The notes under the pieces are model-generated. The model ran no database searches. It had not been told where the DNA came from and worked only from the letters and a program-made list of their open reading frames with translations. A DNA stretch of 64,000 nucleotides from the human T2T-CHM13v2.0 reference genome, Homo sapiens. The stretch lies in the NCBI RefSeq assembly GCF_009914755.1, contig NC_060932.1. One strand, 5' to 3'. The position numbers and the translations under genes are program-made. Positions 1 through 14,447 of the stretch are shown one piece after another. Every line of letters starts with the position of its first letter. Position 1 is the stretch's first letter.

Positions 1-486
1 CCTCTGATTGAAGCTTACCAGCCTATAGAGTAGATGAAACACAAAATCTTCTAACTGAGAAGCTCACTGGAGACCACCCGGGCTACTGTTTCTCAAACTG
101 GGATTTGGAGACTCCAAAGAATTGATAGACCATTCTTGGGGGGATCTAGGGCTTGTCCTAGGAGACTTTATGTTTTCCCTTTCCATTTTGATGTCTCTTG
201 ATTTCAGGGTCCATGTTTGCATTTCTGTTTAAAATCACATCGAGGCCGAATGAACTCTTAAAGTCACAGCATTTAACTTTTAATCTAGTTTCTGAAACTG
301 TGGTGTGGGAATCCCTGAGGGTTATTCAGATCGCTGGGGACAGTAACTGGGGACGCAACATCTAGCAAGACACTTTATTTTCTGTGCTCATATTTTAATG
401 GGGTACAGGTAGAAAAAAAAGAAAGTAAATGAAACAAAATAATTATGAGTTGTAGTAATGCTATGAAGGAAACAGTGATCAACATT

Positions 487-683
487 GTTTTTTATTATTA
501 TACTTTAAGTTTTAGGGCACATGTGCACAACGTGCAGGTTAGTTACGTATGTATACATGTGCCATGTTGGTGTGCTGCACCCATTAACTCGTCATTTAGT
601 ATTAGGTATATCTCCTAATGCTATCCCTCCCCCCTGCCCCCACCCTGCAACAGTCCCCGGTGTGTGATGTTCCTCTTCCTGTG
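487..683 (-). mobile_element. L1PA 3' end fragment
   Basis: L1PA 3' UTR sequence; flanking repeat TCAACATT at 479-486 and 684-691. Confidence 0.9.
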
Positions 684-2408
684 TCAACATTTTTAAATGG
701 GACTCTTTCGGAGAGGGTGGGGAAGACGGGTCTTTGAGGTGAAATTTAGGCTGAAACCTAAAGGATAGAGAGAAGCGATCCCTGTGGGAGGGAGTGTGTT
801 CCAGGCAGAGGGAACAGTGCAAGCAGAGGTCCTGAGGGAGTCTCACCTTTGGTTTATCCAGGAGTGGAAGCTCCTTGAAAGCTGAAGCATTGCAAAACAC
901 AGGGTTATAGTTGCTTATGGCAGAAGGAGGCCCTTCATACCTCTATCTGCTTTTTATCATCTGAGTTGAGGCCATCCTGCTCAAGCCACCACCATTTCTT
1001 ACCTCGGCCACTGCCAGACCTCCTCTGTGGCCTCCCAGGCTCCCCTCTGGTCCTCACCAGTCCATCCTGCTCAGAGGAGCTAGGGTGATCTTTTAAGGAC
1101 ACCTGCTTTTCTTAAGCTAAAGAGCAGAATCCCTTCACCTGACCCCAGAAGGCTGAGGCTTCAGTGAGCTGTGATCGTGCCCTCACACTCCAGCCTGGGC
1201 GATAGAGTGAGACGCTGTCTCAAAAATAAAATAAAATATAGCAAAATCCTTAACATATCCAACAAAACCCCATATGCTCCTATCCAATCTTACACTGGGA
1301 CCATTGCCTCCTGTTCTTGCCTGCTTCAGCCACTCAACTTCTCTTTATTCCACAAGCATCTCAAGCTCCCTCTCGCCATGGGGCCTTTGCACTTGTTTCC
1401 CCTCCCTGGAAGGCTCTTGCCCACAGCCCCGTGCCCAGAAAACACTACTCACCCTTCAGACCTCAATTGCGGTGTCACTGCTCGTGGACACCCTCTCTGT
1501 GCCTCAGACTAGGGTCCGCCCATTTGATACGCTCTATCAGCAAGCTCTGTTTTTCCCCCATGGGACGTATCACATTTGTAATCATAGTTTTTTTGACTAC
1601 TGTTTTTGCTTAACTGTTGTCCTTTCCACTAGACTGTGAGTTTCTCAAGATAAAAAACCATGTCTCTATGATACTGTATTCCTGACCCAAAGGAATTGCT
1701 TAGTCAATTTTAGGTGAATAAATAAACAAACAAGCAAGCCACCCTGTCCAGATCAAATCAACTCATGTCAATTTAACAAAGCTTTGAGTGCCTGCCACTG
1801 GGTGTCACTGTGCTGGTGAGTGAGGAACGTGCCTGCCATCACTCTGCTCTTGTACACAGGAGCGAATTAGGAACTGATCCCATTCAATACCAAATTTGAT
1901 GCTCCTTCTGATACACAATGTATTCTTGGTGCTCTGGTATTCTAGGACAGTGGCTTCCAGAATTTTTTCCCAAAAAGCCACAGTAAAAAAATGCACCTTA
2001 TATCAGGATCCTGTACACATATGTGCACATACACAAGTATATATGTGTATCTGTGTGTATATGTAATATATATACTAAAGTAAAAATTTCAAAAAAGTAA
2101 TACTATGTGTGCTATGCTTAAATATTTTTATCCATTTTCTATTACATATTTTAATAATATTATTGCTGTATTCCTCATATTTGCTATGTCAACTTAAGCC
2201 CTTGGCACAGTGAGACTCAATAACATGAAAAAAAGAAGAAGAAAAGAAAAGTCAAATCCACCCAGGCACAAGATCCTCCAATGCAATGGTCTCTAAACAT
2301 TTTTTTATTATGTACCCATATCAATTTTTAAAATAAACACACCGTCTATATTTCATTACACTAATATACAAACATGCCTGTGTATTATGAAAATATACAA
2401 AATAAAAA

Positions 2409-2720
<312 letters not shown>

Positions 2721-2978
2721 TACACAAAATAGAAATGTAAAGTTTGAGATAAACGTTTAAAAAAGAGTTTTTAAAAATAGTTTTCATATTCTTTGGAGGT
2801 CCAAAACATTTTGTTCTCACTTATTAAAGAATGCTTAAGGAAAACAAATCTCAGTGTCCCACTTAACAATGCAGTGAGACATTCAGTTTATGTTTGATGT
2901 GTGATCTTAATTGCTTTCATATGAAACATGACTCAGAAAGATTTTCTGGTTCCATAGATGTGCTTCACGGCATGCTGA

Positions 2979-3302
<324 letters not shown>

Positions 3303-3309
3303 AGGACAT

Positions 3310-3460
3310 TCATTTATTTATTTATTTTATTATTTTTATTTTTATTATATTTTAAGTTCTGTGGTGCATTTGCAGAACGTGCAGTTTTGTTACATAGGAA
3401 TACACGTGCCATGGTGGTTTGCTGCACCCATCAACCCGTCATCTACGTTAGGTATTTTTT
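3310..3460 (-). mobile_element. L1PA 3' end fragment
   Basis: TTAAGTTCTG...GCAGTTTTGTTACATAGG, L1 3' terminus. Confidence 0.8.
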
Positions 3461-4118
3461 AATGCCACCATTAACTAGGCAGTCATCTCTATTGAAATTA
3501 CACTTTTAAATGTCTGTCCTCCCTGAGATTGATCAATTATTCTTGCAAATACAAAGGTATTGTATTTGTATATTTCATGAAACAAGTTTAAAACCCATTT
3601 AAACGGTTAATTTGGAAGATTTCTACACAGATTAGAAAATTTGGGTTCCATGGTTTTTAATGTATGTAGATGTGAGATAAATGTTCACATATAAATAATA
3701 TGTTATAAATAACATAATTAGAGATCTTTTAATGAAAAGTCGTATAATGATGAAAGCATTTTCAATCATCCATTTTTAAGATATTATCTTTTCTTCACCT
3801 GTATTTGATCTAATCTGGTTCATTCAATTCAATTTAGGATTTTTTCCCCACAGCTACCCCTTCATATCGTTTCCTATAAGCTTTAGGTCTTTCTTTGAAA
3901 TAAGCATATGTAGTTTGTTATCTGATTTGTTAATATCAAATCTCAAGTATTAAGGCTTTTTAATGTTTTGATATAATTTAGAAGTTCTTTAGAATAGATG
4001 GTTTTCATTAGGTGACATTCCTAGAATTATTGTCATAAGTTATTATAAATGTGGTAACATATTTTACTTAAAGGGTGCACATCTATTACAAAGACTGTTT
4101 GCGTTAAATAAAAGGTCA

Positions 4119-4420
<302 letters not shown>

Positions 4421-4477
4421 GAGAGAGGCGGAGAGAATAAAAGTTTTAAGTTGGAGAACATAATGTGTAAAAAAAAA

Positions 4478-4762
<285 letters not shown>

Positions 4763-4809
4763 TGTAAAAATATTTAAATTAGCTAATCAACTAAAAACAA
4801 AATCATTCC

Positions 4810-5125
4810 TGGAGGGAGAGAGGGTTGAATAGGCAGAACACAGGATTTTTAGAGCAGTGAAACTACTCTATGTGATACAACAATGGCAGATAAATGTCAT
4901 CATGCATTGTCCAAACCCAGAGGATGTGCAACACCAAGAGTAAACACAAATGTAAACTATGAACTTTGAGTGACAATGATGTCTCAATATAGGCTCATTG
5001 ATTGTAACAAATGTGCCACCCTGGTGAGGGATGTCTATGGTGAGAGAGGTTATGTATCTGTGGGGACTGGGGTTATAAATAAGAATGCTCTGTACTTTTC
5101 CCTCAAAACCGCTCTAAAAAATAGT
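4810..5125 (+). mobile_element. L1M (L1MC/MD-like) 3' fragment
   Basis: Resembles mammalian L1 3' UTR (GTAAACTATG...TGTAACAAATGTGCCAC). Confidence 0.65.
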
Positions 5126-5254
5126 CTATTAAAATAATTTTTTAAAATCATTTCTCATTCATTGTTTAAAACATCTCTTTTAGCCTAAGGGGACAGATTT
5201 AGTGTGTCTGATACTACATAGGATAGCAGAGTCTAGTAATTAAGAGTAAACTCT

Positions 5255-5550
5255 TGCCCGGGTGTGGTGGCTCACGCCTGTAAGCCCAACACTTTGAGAG
5301 ACCGAGGCAGGCAGATCGCTTGAGTGTCGGAGTTCGAGACCAGCCTAGGCAACATGCCAAGACCAATCTCTACAAAAAATAAAATATTAGCCGGGTGTGA
5401 TGGTGCATACCTGTAGTCCCAGCACCACAGGCGGCTGAACTGACAGGATCACTTGAGCCTGGGAGGTCAAAGCTGTAGTGAGCCTTAATCATGCCACTGC
5501 ACTCGAGCTTGGGCAACAGAGCAAGAAACTGTCTCAAAAAAAAAAAAAAG
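5255..5550 (+). mobile_element. AluJ inserted in a MIR (~5225-5750)
   Basis: Alu with TSD AGTAAACTCT; MIR core GTGACCTTGGACAAATTACTTAAC follows. Confidence 0.88.
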
Positions 5551-5754
5551 TAAACTCTGTAGCCAGATCCCAGTGCTACCAGTTGTCAGCCAGGTGACCT
5601 TGGACAAATTACTTAACATCTCCTTGCCTCAGGTTTTTCCATCTGTTAACATGAGGATGATAATAATAACCTCTGTCTCAAGAGGTAGCTTTGGGGATTA
5701 AATGAGTTAAAGTACATAGTGCACAAGGAATGCTCATTACGTGTACCTATCCTA

Positions 5755-7308
<1,554 letters not shown>

Positions 7309-8118
7309 TAGTTGTTTCTAAAAAAATTTTGCTGGGCCAGGCACAGTGGTGCATGCCTGTAGTCCCAGCTACTTGGGAAGCTGAGGATCACTTGAGCCCA
7401 GGAGTTCTAGTCCAGCCTGGGTAACATAGAGAGACCCCATCTCTTAAAAAATACTTGTTAGGCAGCACATTTCTGAAATTCAAGAAAGGTCAGCAAATTT
7501 GGAACATGTGCCCTTTTGTAAACAGAAGAGTAGATGAGTTGATTATAAATGGGACATCTCTTCTGCATACATTCTACAAGTTAACCAGAGGGCTATGTGG
7601 TATAAAAGATGTTTGTGGTCACAGCCTAGCTCAGGCTAGAGTGTTGCAGAGACCATCCCAAATCCTCCAGGCTGGGCTCAAGGCTTCTCTAAACCCTTCT
7701 TTGTTGCAAAATCCCATCTTTTCATGCTTCATTGGTGACATGTGGCCATCTGCCACATAGAACAAGTGAGAGTACTAGTTCCATATCTTTATTAAATAAC
7801 CATTTTTCTTTTGTACAAAGAATAAATAGAAATTCTGATATTTTTCTTCTCATACTTCCGTCACTCACCCCTCTTTGGAAACCACTGCATAACAGAGCTA
7901 AGGGGAGGATAAACTAATGTGCCTGAAATTTTACTTTAGTCTTCAGCCTATAAGAGATCACTATCTTTTTTCCCATTTTCACCTAGTTTCACAGCAAATT
8001 TACCTACGGGGGGAAAGGTATTATTATTCTTAACATGAAACCACAATATTTATAAGAAAGAAATTGTGAACTTTAAAGTGTAAAGATAAGGGAACACTGG
8101 AATGGCAAGCCTGCCTAA

Positions 8119-8334
<216 letters not shown>

Positions 8335-8400
8335 TGAAGGTTGTTGAAAATAGGATAACCAGACATAAGCTTAAATAGATTGTCCTGTCTGCATTCACAG

Positions 8401-8524
8401 CTCACAAATACAGTGCACACGGTAGAACGAGGCATTTTGAATCAGCTACACGTACAACTAATGGAGCTCAGAAGCTGTCAAGGATATAAGCAGTGCAACC
8501 CAAGACCTAAGAATCTTGATGTTG
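8401..8524 (+). CDS. SULF1: SULF1 coding exon
   Basis: Follows a 90-nt GT-AG intron; encodes [41 protein letters not shown]+G; donor G|GTAAGG; ends in phase 1. Confidence 0.97.
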
Positions 8525-9732
8525 GTAAGGAAAAAAATACTATTTTTTCTATTTTACCTGGAAAATTCTTTGTGTTACTGAGCTTTCTGCCTTGGAAACA
8601 TTTAATTGCACAGAAACATATAATTCAAGATACTTAGAGGAGACACTTTCCAGGCAATTCTAAATACAATTTGATCTCTAAGTTTAGCTCTGGTGTACTA
8701 ATGAAAAGCTTAATCCACCAAAAGATTTGGTGAGCATTTCCTTCCAATATCTCCCACAGGTCTATTCTATTAGTAAACCTTGATTCCTGATAGAAGCATC
8801 TGTTGGAAGATGACACGAAAGCGTTAGGTATTTGTTTGTTATTGCTGTCAACAGTCTGAAGATATACTCTGAGTAAACCAGGATATTCTCTTTTTTTAAG
8901 AGAACTTTGATGGAAAGACACAATGCTCTATTTCTGCTGTCCCAGTTTGGAGTTCCCCCAGTTGGATCCCTGCCTATGACACTGAATTAGATTTCTTTTG
9001 CCAGTATTTTTCGTCTGAAACTAGAGATATTGGAGCAGTTCATTAACTTGGGATCTAAAAATATAAGAGGATCTGAATGGAATCAGCCAGATGTTCCTTC
9101 CCAGCTATGTGTGTTAAACTGGCTTATTTCTCCTTTGTTTCATGGAGATGCAGTTCTTTTCAGTGTCCGCCCCAGCTCTTTTCTGGTTAATGAAAATACT
9201 CATTTCCTCCTCATGATGTCTGCAGAAATGTAAATACCAGCTGTCCATACAAGGAAGGAGGAAGAACTAAAGCTGGCAAGGGCATGGACCTTGGCATGGC
9301 ATGCCAACTCCAGAAGGGTGAAGAGCTGGACTCACAGGCACTTGGGTGCAGTTTGCAGGAGCTTTTTGTGGTGCCGCTGGGTTTTCTCTGTGAGTCTGGT
9401 GCAGAGCCAGTGTCATCAACAGTAAAAGTGGGCAGCTTTCTGGGTCACATGCCTTGAAAGGGGTAGGGATTCCCATCCCAGAATGATCAATATCACCACC
9501 TGTCATCTCCTTTCCACTGCAGGGTCACAAAGGCTTTTGAGTTCTGGGAGTCCCCTAAGAAAATATAAATCCTCAGTTCTCAATCAACACCTCTCAATTA
9601 ACACTTAGTGGAATCAGTTGTCAGTCAAGAGCAGACTGTACTTGCAAAATAGGTCTTTTGGTCACTGACCCCACTCGGCTCAAATCTTTTCAAATATCCT
9701 GCTTATCTGTTGACCTTTTCCTCAAATCTTAC

Positions 9733-9881
9733 AAAAAAAAGAGAGAGAGAGAGGGAGGGAGGGAGAGAGAGAGAGAGGAAGGAAGAAAGGAAGGAAGAAA
9801 GAAGGAAGGAAGGAAGGAAAGAAAGAAAGAAAAAAAGAAAGAAAGAAAGAAAGAGAAAAGAAAGAGAGAGAGAGAGAAAGA
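9733..9881 (+). repeat. Pure purine microsatellite (GA/GGAA/GAAA)n
   Basis: About 150 nt with no pyrimidine on the + strand. Confidence 0.95.
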
Positions 9882-10477
9882 GCCTGCAAAGACTTGGAAT
9901 CTCAACCAACCATTAGAGGCACTAGAAATATTATACCCAGATATTTCTCCCCAAAAGAACATAGGACTTTTATTGGTGGTGACATAACAACTCTACTTAG
10001 TGAAATCTGATCGAGTCCCTTAATGGTGAAATGACACACTGGGTGGAGCCAGTTATGCTGTTTCACTTCAAGCCGTCCTCTCCACCTTCCAGACTATTCC
10101 TATGGGAGATGATTATTAGCCCGTTTTTTTCCAATGTTTTGTCTAAAAATAACCAAAATTTAACTTTTCCTGAGAATTACATGGACTTCTGGAAGTACTT
10201 TTCCCACTGCTTTTAAGTGGGCTCTCCTCCCTTTAACACCCACCCATTTTTTTCATATGAACTCTTATTTTTTTTTTTATCTTAAACCTTTTCATTCATA
10301 GCTTTCAATCTGCATTTTGAACCTAATAGGAAATCTCTGTTGGGCTTCAGCACTGTCTGTATTTAACACCATGTGTTTCTTTCTAGGATTTAGATGTTGT
10401 GCATGAAAAACTATATAGTGAATGGTTTTATAAGTTCTAAAGCTAACAGAAATTACTCTTGTATTTTCCTATATCAG

Positions 10478-10511
10478 GAAATAAAGATGGAGGAAGCTAT
10501 GACCTACACAG
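10478..10511 (+). CDS. SULF1: SULF1 34-nt penultimate microexon
   Basis: TCAG| acceptor, CAG|GTATTC donor; encodes (G)NKDGGSYDLH(R) and joins the flanking exons in the canonical frame. Confidence 0.95.
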
Positions 10512-11132
10512 GTATTCACACTTTTTTATTCTTCTCAACAGCTTCTTCCCCAATAATTGCATGATCCAGTGGTTTCAACTAATTTCTGTTTCTTACCGTG
10601 TTGCACAGAGCAAAGCTGGGGGTGCATGCTTGTTCTAACAGCATTCTCCACTATGTTTTGTCATTGATCACAGAACTGTCATTTTGCTTTTAAATCAGCT
10701 CACTGTCCCATCAAGATGTTCCAGAGCATTTACTCACTCCCATGCTTGTTTGCTTGTTGGATGATGCTTTTAAGCATGGAATGATGTGAAGGAAAAAAAA
10801 CAGAATGGCCTTTGGGAGCCCCGGGAAAGGGTGGGAGATTTATTTTCTTTGTGGTACTTACACATTGATTTGGTGGGGGAGCTTCATGAAAATGGGTTGG
10901 AGATTTTTATTAAATATAGCATCAAAGGCACAAAATGACTAATGAGAATTTTAAGAGCACTGTAAGGCCGAAGTTGAAGGAAACAAGGAATTTCTTTGTT
11001 GATGTTCATTCATTAACTTTGGTGGTGAAAAGCAGCAGCCGTAAGATTCTGAAAGCTCTGCAGAGAGGTGGTGAATAACGAGAAGGTGCTGGGAGTTGGG
11101 GACAGAGTACCGGGAGTCAAGACACTAGTAAA

Positions 11133-11440
11133 GGGCCACACACAGTGGCTCACACCTGTAATCCTAGCACTATGGGAGCCCAAGCGGGAGGATTGCTTGA
11201 GTCCAGGAGTTTGAGACTAGCTTGGGCAACAAAGTGAGATAAAAAAAAATTTTTAACTAGCCAGGTGTGGTGATGCACACCTGTAGTCCCAGCTACTCAG
11301 CTACTCAAGAAGCTGAGGCAGGAGGATCACTTGAGCCCAGGAGGTTGAGGCTGCAGTGAGCTATGATAGTGACACTGACCTCCAGCCTGAGGGACAGAGA
11401 GAGACCCTGTCTCTAAAAATAAATAAATAAATAAAAAAAT
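11133..11440 (+). mobile_element. AluJ
   Basis: Alu consensus with (TAAA)n tail; TSD-like AAGACACT. Confidence 0.88.
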
Positions 11441-11794
11441 AAAGACACTCAATAGTGTCAACACAGCACCAAGACAACACACAAACATTCCATAAACAAC
11501 CCTCAGCCCTGTCATTTTATGCCCCTCCAACCCTCATCCATCCCTCACTGTGCTCTGGAGGGGGGACGCACGCTCCTGATGGCCGTGTCACTTGGTCACC
11601 TGGCAATATTCGCCATTGCTAATTTTCTACTCTGAGCACAGACCTCAGGCAGGTCTGCCACCCGAAGCAGCTGGGCACTGTCCTTACCGCCTCTGCTGAG
11701 ACAAAACTGAGGCACAGACGTTACCAGTACCCTAGTTAATGTATCCACTTGGGAGAAAAACATCCGTCAAAGAAATGTGAACTTAATTGGTGCC

Positions 11795-11875
11795 ATCTAT
11801 ATTAATATCTTCTTTATCTATATTAATATCTTCTTTATCTATATTAATATCTTCTTCATCTGTATTAATATCTTT
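11795..11875. repeat. 21-bp minisatellite, about 3.9 copies
   Basis: Unit ATCTATATTAATATCTTCTTT. Confidence 0.95.
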
Positions 11876-14192
11876 AAAATTAACATCCCAAAGAATGTTG
11901 CTGTTCCTGGTACCCTGTTCGGCCCCTCTAACCTCCAGAGCTATGGTCTCAGATGCTTCCTTTTAGAGAGAAGGTCATTAGTCCACCAAGAAGCCAAATG
12001 ACAACAGGAAAGGTGATGGGAAGATGAAAACAAAGGAAGGTGGACTTTTGGGTATATGTTATAGCCATGTATGTATGTCTTCTTTTTTCTATTTTCTCTT
12101 GTTCTTCATCTTAACTGTCCTCAGTCTGCCCCACACCAACCCTGTGTCACTCCCAGCACACATAAGACAGAGCAGAAGACCCCATCCTTGAGCTGGTCTC
12201 CCCTGGGTATGGGCTGAGGTAACATCCCACACACCAGGACGATCTTCCCTGCCTCCCATCGGTCACATTAAGACATTTTCAAAGTGTAATATTATAAATG
12301 GACCTACCTCTAAATATTGACTTTACAGTTATTTTATGAGGCACTCAATTTATAGCTAAGGGTTTTTCAGTCTAGTGTCATGAAAGAGATAAAAGGGTGT
12401 TCACAGATTATTTAAGACATAAGGCTGGTCAGGGATGAGTCAGAGAGTCATTCTCCATGAAGTCACCCCTGGCCAACTTTGAAAGGAAGAATGTTTAACT
12501 GCACTTTGGGCGTAAATGACAAGCATCTGGGACCCTCCCCTTCCCTGATCCCTGCCACCACCACTCAATCGGCCAGATAATCAATTGTTTCTGAGGTCAC
12601 TTTCACATAATCTTGGCAACTTTAGTTGTTGAAAGCATGCATGCAGGGGCAACATGGTGTTACCTGTTGCTTTTTTTTTTCCCCTTCTAAGCTCCTTACC
12701 AGAGAGCAGATCTAAGGATACTGTGTAACTTGAAATAACCGGCATTTTCAGACTTTGCCATTTCATAGTCCATAGGGCAAGCCATCTTTCAGTGGATATC
12801 CACATGGTGGGCAGGAAATCTTGACATTGGTTTCTCAGAAAATATCTGCCTAGTCACACCTGGGAATTCACTAAACACCCAAATGCAGTGTTTGATGTGG
12901 CCTTACCTGCTCCTTGTATCTTATTGGATTGAATGAGAACAGATGCAAAACAAGTATGTACAGAAATGCCAGGAAAACTACTGTCTTCCAATGGGGTTCA
13001 ACAGTTCAAAGCCCTCCATTGATGGAGCCACTTAGGAGGTTTCAGTGTCTTAATTCTTTTAGATTTTGACAGTTTTAGAAAACTAAAAAAAAAAAAAACA
13101 AGTTTTTATCGTGAAATTTGATTACAAAAGATTTTGAGAGAAATGATAAGAACCAGATCTGAAGAATTTGAAATTTGAAAATTCAGCAGAGCATTTTTTT
13201 AAATGTATCTTGTACAAGATGAACTAAATAAATGTTTTTAAACTGACTTCTTTTTGGTGGATTTCAAAAGTTAACCTTCAGACTTATTTAGAGGGTTTTC
13301 ATAAAGCAAGTTTTTTTCTGTTGCTGCTCAATTTCTTTCTTTTCTTTTCTATCTTTTCTTTTCTCTTCCTTTTGCTGTTCCCTGTGTGTGAAGCAGGAGG
13401 GGCAGCTGAAATGCTTTGCATACTCACCCTGGTCATTTTCCAGTTAGGACAAGCTCAAAGGGAGAGCACAGCTCAGAAGGTGGCACTCATGACTCAGGAA
13501 ATAATTTGTGGCTCATTTGAAAGCAGCATCTTCTAAGTGTGTTGCAAAATAGAGAAAAATCAACAGGTTGTTGGGGTGTTTATTTTCCCCACTGCGTATG
13601 AAAGCTGGTGCTGCTGCCCTTTGATGGCCAAGAGGAGCTCCTGGCAGCCGTGGCCATGTGTCCCGGGGGTGTGTGGGGCAGGCGGTCAGTTCTTGGCAGC
13701 CTTCCTCTGGCAGGGCTGCTTCCTGATCCTTTGCTTCAAGCCTTCTGGGCTGTTAGACCACACAGAGCTCCACCCTCAGCAGCCACGCTGTAACCACATT
13801 GCTTTCACTGATTTTGACTCATCTCCCCCATAGTGACAGTGTGTGCCAAAGGTGGCTGTGGGTGACACAGCCGTGTGTTCGTGCTGTACGGCACTGTGGT
13901 CATGGGGGTGGACGCTGGAGCTCCTGATTAGTTTGAGTTCAAATCCCAGCCTCGCTGGTGGGCATGCTTAGAACAGACCCTGGCAGGGGCCAAGCCCCAG
14001 TAAGTGGTGGAGTCATTGGTAAAGGATAATGCTGAATGCAGGACATTTATATGGATGAAAGAGTATGGGGAAGGGAATTTCAGTGATATGAATTCCAAAG
14101 CGTGTTAGTATATTTTATAAGAAACAAAAAGGTATTCACCAGCACCACCAAACTCCATCATCAGTCACAGGCAACCAAGAATTGATCACTCT

Positions 14193-14447
14193 CCCAGAAC
14201 TTTGGGAGGCCGAGGCAGGCAGATCACGAGGTCAGGAGATCGAGACCATCCTGGCTAACACGGTGAAACCCCGTCTGTACTAAAAATACAAAAAAAAAAG
14301 AAAAATTAGCCGGGCATGGTGGCGGGAGGCTGAGGCAGGAGAATGGCGTGAACCCGGGAGGCGGAGCTTGCAGTGAGCCGAGATCACGCCACTGGACTCC
14401 TGCCTGAGTGACAGAGGGAGACGCCGTCTCAAAAAAAAAAAAAAAGA
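14193..14447 (+). mobile_element. AluY, 5'-truncated with an internal deletion
   Basis: AluY diagnostics; TSD AAGAATTGA(T/G)CACTC. Confidence 0.88.

Noticed and set aside
9658-9987. K/E/R-rich and F/S/L-rich ORFs
   Set aside because: Translations of the purine microsatellite
11795-11875. CRISPR-like periodic repeat
   Set aside because: Head-to-tail units without spacers; an ordinary minisatellite in mammalian DNA
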